Source of the DNA: an uncultured Oscillospiraceae bacterium | GTDB lineage: Bacteria > Bacillota > Clostridia > Oscillospirales > Ruminococcaceae | Assembly (NCBI GenBank): GCA_964649485.1 | Contig: CAZYRV010000006.1 | Location: 6,731-43,529, forward strand | Length of the DNA stretch: 36,799 nt | Reading direction: 5' to 3' | Part shown: positions 34,285 to 36,799 of the stretch, piece after piece | Layout: the number at the start of each line of letters is the position of its first letter | Numbering within the stretch: the first letter of the stretch is position 1 | Notes under the pieces: generated by a model | What the model was told of the DNA's origin: nothing | The model's database searches: none | The model's input: only the letters and a program-made list of their open reading frames with translations | Position numbers and translations under genes: made by a program

Positions 34285-34313
34285 ATTATACTATTAAAGA
34301 GATTTAAAGTCAA
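34285..34313 (-). promoter_or_regulatory. sigma-A-type promoter for the SPFH operon
   Basis: Minus strand reads TTGACT (34313-34308), a 17-nt spacer, then TATAAT (34290-34285). Confidence 0.6.
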
Positions 34314-34355
34314 GCGCTTTAAGCAACTTTGGCGGTGATGCCTTAGCCTAAATCA

Positions 34356-36026
34356 TTATGTTTTTCCCTCGTCCGTAATCAGAGAAATCTCGTCACGAAC
34401 CCGTGTTTCAGCGGAAAGGTCGCACATACACACAAGATAGTCGCCCGCCATAAGCTTTGTAGAGCCGTTCGGGATAATTTCGCCTTCTCCTCGCTTGACT
34501 GCGATAAGCAGGCAGCCCTTGGGAAAAACAAGCTCTTTAATAAGCCGCTTGTCCGCCTTAGAGCCGATTTGCACAATGCGCTCGAGAGTGATTTTTTCTT
34601 CTGATACTCCGTGAGCAAGCCCTTTTCCCCGCCCCTCAAGCATATTTTCGAGAAGCGAGTCGTAAATCGGCTTGCTTTTTGCGAGGTCGGCGGAAACGTA
34701 TGCCGCAAGCGAAACCACAGTAAGCGGGAGAAGCTGTTCGAAAGAACCGGTCATTTCTACGAGAAGTATGATTCCTGTGATGGGCGCACGGACAATTGCG
34801 GTGAAAAAGCCCGCCATTGATACGACAATAACGCTGTAATAAAGCGACTCGCTCATTCCTGTAAATATGAAAAAGCTTTTTGCAAAAACAGCGCCGAATG
34901 CCGCTCCGATTGTTAAAAGCGGGAAGAAAATTCCGCCCGGTGCGCCTGACGAAAAGCTTATTACCGAAAACAAAAGCTTGACGGCAAAAACGGCAAAAAG
35001 CAGAACAATCATAGAAATCTGCCCATTGGCGCTGAATGCGCCGACTGTAAGCGTTCCGCCTGCGGAAACGGCGGAGGGGCTTTCCAAAAGCTCTATTATG
35101 CTGTGACCGCCGCCAAGCACAGCAGGGAAAATCAAGCCAAGTCCGCCCGCAAGCAAAAGCGGAATTATTATCCTGAGCCTGCCGCCGAGGGCGGTTATTT
35201 TTTTGGAAACAGCCTGTGCTTTGATTGTTAAAAAATTGTAGAGAGCGCCGAAAAGCCCAAGCATAATCCCAAGGATAATAAGCGCCCAGTATTTATCAAG
35301 CGGTATTTTTTCGGTTATATTAAAGCTGAACACGGATTGATTTCCGAAAATAAGCCTTGAAATAAAGTCGGAGGCAACAGCCGAAATCATTGTCGAAAGC
35401 AGAATAATCGGTGAAAAATATTTATAAATTTCCTCAAGGCAAAAGACGACTCCCGCCAGAGGCGCATTAAAGGCGGCGGCAAGACCTGCGCTTGCTCCGC
35501 TTGCGATATAGATCCGGCGCTCGTTTCGGCTTTGACCAAGCTTACAGCCTATGGCCTGCCCGATTCCCGCACCAAGCTGAATTGACGGACCTTCTCTGCC
35601 GAGAGAAAGCCCGCCGAATACGGCAAGAACCCCTCCGCAGAATTTCGCCAGAACCGTCGAAAGCCAGCTGTCACGGAAATATCCCATGATGATTCCCTTG
35701 ACCTGAGGAATGCCGCTTCCGCCAATCATTTTGAATTTAGCGGTAAGCGTCCCCACAATGACGCCGATAAGCGCCAGCCCTATGAATAAAATCGGAATAA
35801 AATAAAGATTTTCTCCTGCAAAGCTGTATAATTTAAAGGAATATTCCTCCGCATAGGTAAGCAAAAACCGATAAAAAACGGTTACTATTCCCGCACCTAT
35901 GCCCACAAGGGCGCTTATGCCCAAAATTTTAAGACTTTTTCGCGTGTCGTTTACCGCCGCACCATAGTTATTTACGAGCTGTGCCTTTCTCAGACGGACG
36001 GCTCTCTGCCGAACGGATTTCCCCAT
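34356..36026 (-). CDS. ClC family chloride/proton exchange transporter with a C-terminal TrkA-C (RCK_C) domain
   Basis: Selectivity and gating motifs are GGSGIPQ, GREGPSIQLG and GGIFFP. The C-terminal ~80 aa (ITLERIVQIGS...LIAVKRGEGEIIPNGSTKLMAGDYLV) look like TrkA-C. ATG 36026 is preferred over TTG 36038. Confidence 0.9.
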   Translation of the reverse strand: MGKSVRQRAVRLRKAQLVNNYGAAVNDTRKSLKILGISALVGIGAGIVTVFYRFLLTYAEEYSFKLYSFAGENLYFIPILFIGLALIGVIVGTLTAKFKMIGGSGIPQVKGIIMGYFRDSWLSTVLAKFCGGVLAVFGGLSLGREGPSIQLGAGIGQAIGCKLGQSRNERRIYIASGASAGLAAAFNAPLAGVVFCLEEIYKYFSPIILLSTMISAVASDFISRLIFGNQSVFSFNITEKIPLDKYWALIILGIMLGLFGALYNFLTIKAQAVSKKITALGGRLRIIIPLLLAGGLGLIFPAVLGGGHSIIELLESPSAVSAGGTLTVGAFSANGQISMIVLLFAVFAVKLLFSVISFSSGAPGGIFFPLLTIGAAFGAVFAKSFFIFTGMSESLYYSVIVVSMAGFFTAIVRAPITGIILLVEMTGSFEQLLPLTVVSLAAYVSADLAKSKPIYDSLLENMLEGRGKGLAHGVSEEKITLERIVQIGSKADKRLIKELVFPKGCLLIAVKRGEGEIIPNGSTKLMAGDYLVCMCDLSAETRVRDEISLITDEGKT

Positions 36027-36062
36027 GTTAATCCCCAATCATTTCAAAATTTTCACTCATTT

Positions 36063-36091
36063 ATTATAGCACTATAAAGCTGTGCCGTCAA
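36063..36091 (-). promoter_or_regulatory. sigma-A-type promoter for the ClC gene
   Basis: Minus strand reads TTGACG (36091-36086), a 17-nt spacer, then TGcTATAAT (-10 at 36068-36063). Confidence 0.55.
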
Positions 36092-36150
36092 CGCTGTTTC
36101 TGATGGAACGAGGAAAATTCATGCGCCTTAAGGCAGGCTTACGGTTTTGC

Positions 36151-36179
36151 TTGACAAAAAAGCGTTTTTGTTGTATAAT
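36151..36179 (+). promoter_or_regulatory. sigma-A-type promoter for tRNA-Arg
   Basis: TTGACA (36151-36156), a 17-nt spacer, then TGtTATAAT (-10 at 36174-36179). It lies 14 nt upstream of the tRNA. Confidence 0.65.
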
Positions 36180-36193
36180 ATCATAGTAGTTAT

Positions 36194-36268
36194 GCGTCTG
36201 TAGCTCAGTGGATAGAGCAATGGCCTCCGACGCCATGTGCGCAGGTTCGACTCCTGTCAGGCGTACCA
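36194..36268 (+). tRNA. tRNA-Arg (anticodon CCG)
   Basis: Cloverleaf folded by hand. The acceptor stem GCGTCTG/CAGGCGT has two G-U pairs. The anticodon stem is ATGGC/GCCAT with loop CTCCGAC, the T-loop is TTCGACT, and CCA is encoded. Confidence 0.93.
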
Positions 36269-36278
36269 AAAAGTAAAG

Positions 36279-36310
36279 CCCACGGCCCGTATGCTGTGGG
36301 TTTTTCTTTT
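36279..36310 (+). terminator. rho-independent terminator after tRNA-Arg
   Basis: Stem CCCACGG/CTGTGGG with an 8-nt loop, followed by TTTTTCTTTTT. Confidence 0.65.
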
Positions 36311-36487
36311 TGGCTTAAAGTGATTCAATATTAAATTCAGAAAAATGAATACAATTTCATAAAAAGCTTTACATTTTATAAATAAAGTAGTAATATTTAA
36401 ATATATGAAAAAGGGTTGCTTTCAATTAACAATTTTATTTTTAGTTTGATTAAGAATAGATTAACACGCTGTAAAAGGAGAGTTAAC

Positions 36488-36799
36488 GTGAAATTTTCAA
36501 AAATATTGTCCTGTTTTTTATCATTGGCCTTGCTTGCGTCTTGCAATAATATCAGTGAGGGTTCTGAATCGGAGGTCAATACAAGCTTAACTGCCGAACA
36601 GAAAACGCAGGTTCAAACGCTTCTTTTAGATTTCAAAGATTTTTCTATGGATTATGTCGAATGTAAAAAAATCAAAAACTATATCAATAAAAAAGATTTT
36701 ATAATAACCCACGAAACAACTGATGAATCTAAAACAGACTCTAATATGATTGAAAAAAAGTGGTTCAAAATAAATGATGCTGACTTTAAATCAATTTAT
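36488..36799 (+). CDS. hypothetical lipoprotein, 5' part only (runs off the window)
   Basis: Not in the ORF track because it has no stop. GTG 36488 follows AAAGGAG. I read 104 codons with no stop. The N-terminus VKFSKILSCFLSLALLASC has a lipobox. The sequence is very AT-rich compared with the rest of the window. Confidence 0.6.
   Translation, partial: MKFSKILSCFLSLALLASCNNISEGSESEVNTSLTAEQKTQVQTLLLDFKDFSMDYVECKKIKNYINKKDFIITHETTDESKTDSNMIEKKWFKINDADFKSIY

Noticed and set aside
36027-36150. A fluoride (crcB-type) riboswitch upstream of the ClC gene.
   Set aside because: The mapped -10 leaves only a ~30-nt leader with no conserved riboswitch core. The protein also has canonical chloride-type motifs rather than CLC-F features.
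36397-36579. ORF 36397-36579(-).
   Set aside because: It is antisense to the better-supported lipoprotein start (SD, GTG and lipobox on the plus strand). It also spans the AT-rich promoter region.

Overview
This is a chromosomal, mostly housekeeping segment from an endospore-forming member of the Clostridia. The taxon is inferred from gene content: a spoIIAA-spoIIAB-sigF operon, an ispH-S1 fusion gene, fhs, and Firmicutes-type tRNAs. GC looks mid-range by eye, with AT-rich intergenic regions.

Reading left to right:
- a lipoprotein gene
- the spoIIA operon (minus strand) and an unknown membrane-anchored protein (minus strand)
- fhs-tsaE-tsaB-rpiB-upp
- a four-gene envelope cluster: a catalytically degenerate SGNH paralog, an intact SGNH lipoprotein, a small lipoprotein and a small membrane protein
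- coaX
- cmk-plsC-ispH/rpsA
- a GC-rich, highly structured non-coding block
- tRNA-Pro(UGG)
- rpsO-pnp
- recJ-relA-MBL hydrolase
- a membrane protein, an AI-2E permease and rnhA
- a soluble chemoreceptor with a C-terminal CZB zinc-binding domain
- copA with an extra C-terminal metal-binding domain
- a small membrane-anchored protein (minus strand)
- a three-gene minus-strand operon: two Tim44-like/zinc-ribbon membrane paralogs plus a YdjI-type SPFH protein with three zinc ribbons
- a ClC transporter with a TrkA-C domain (minus strand)
- tRNA-Arg(CCG)
- an abruptly AT-rich region that starts a truncated lipoprotein gene

Most transcription units carry the same readable promoter design, TTGACA-like, a 17-nt spacer, then TGnTATAAT. 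Most also end in clear hairpin plus T-run terminators. I saw no CRISPR array, rRNA, transposase or integrase.

The best candidate for an undescribed system is the SPFH/Tim44-like/zinc-ribbon operon at 31018-34189. The second is the nested-palindrome element at 15014-15270. All family assignments come from motif recognition by eye, not from searches.
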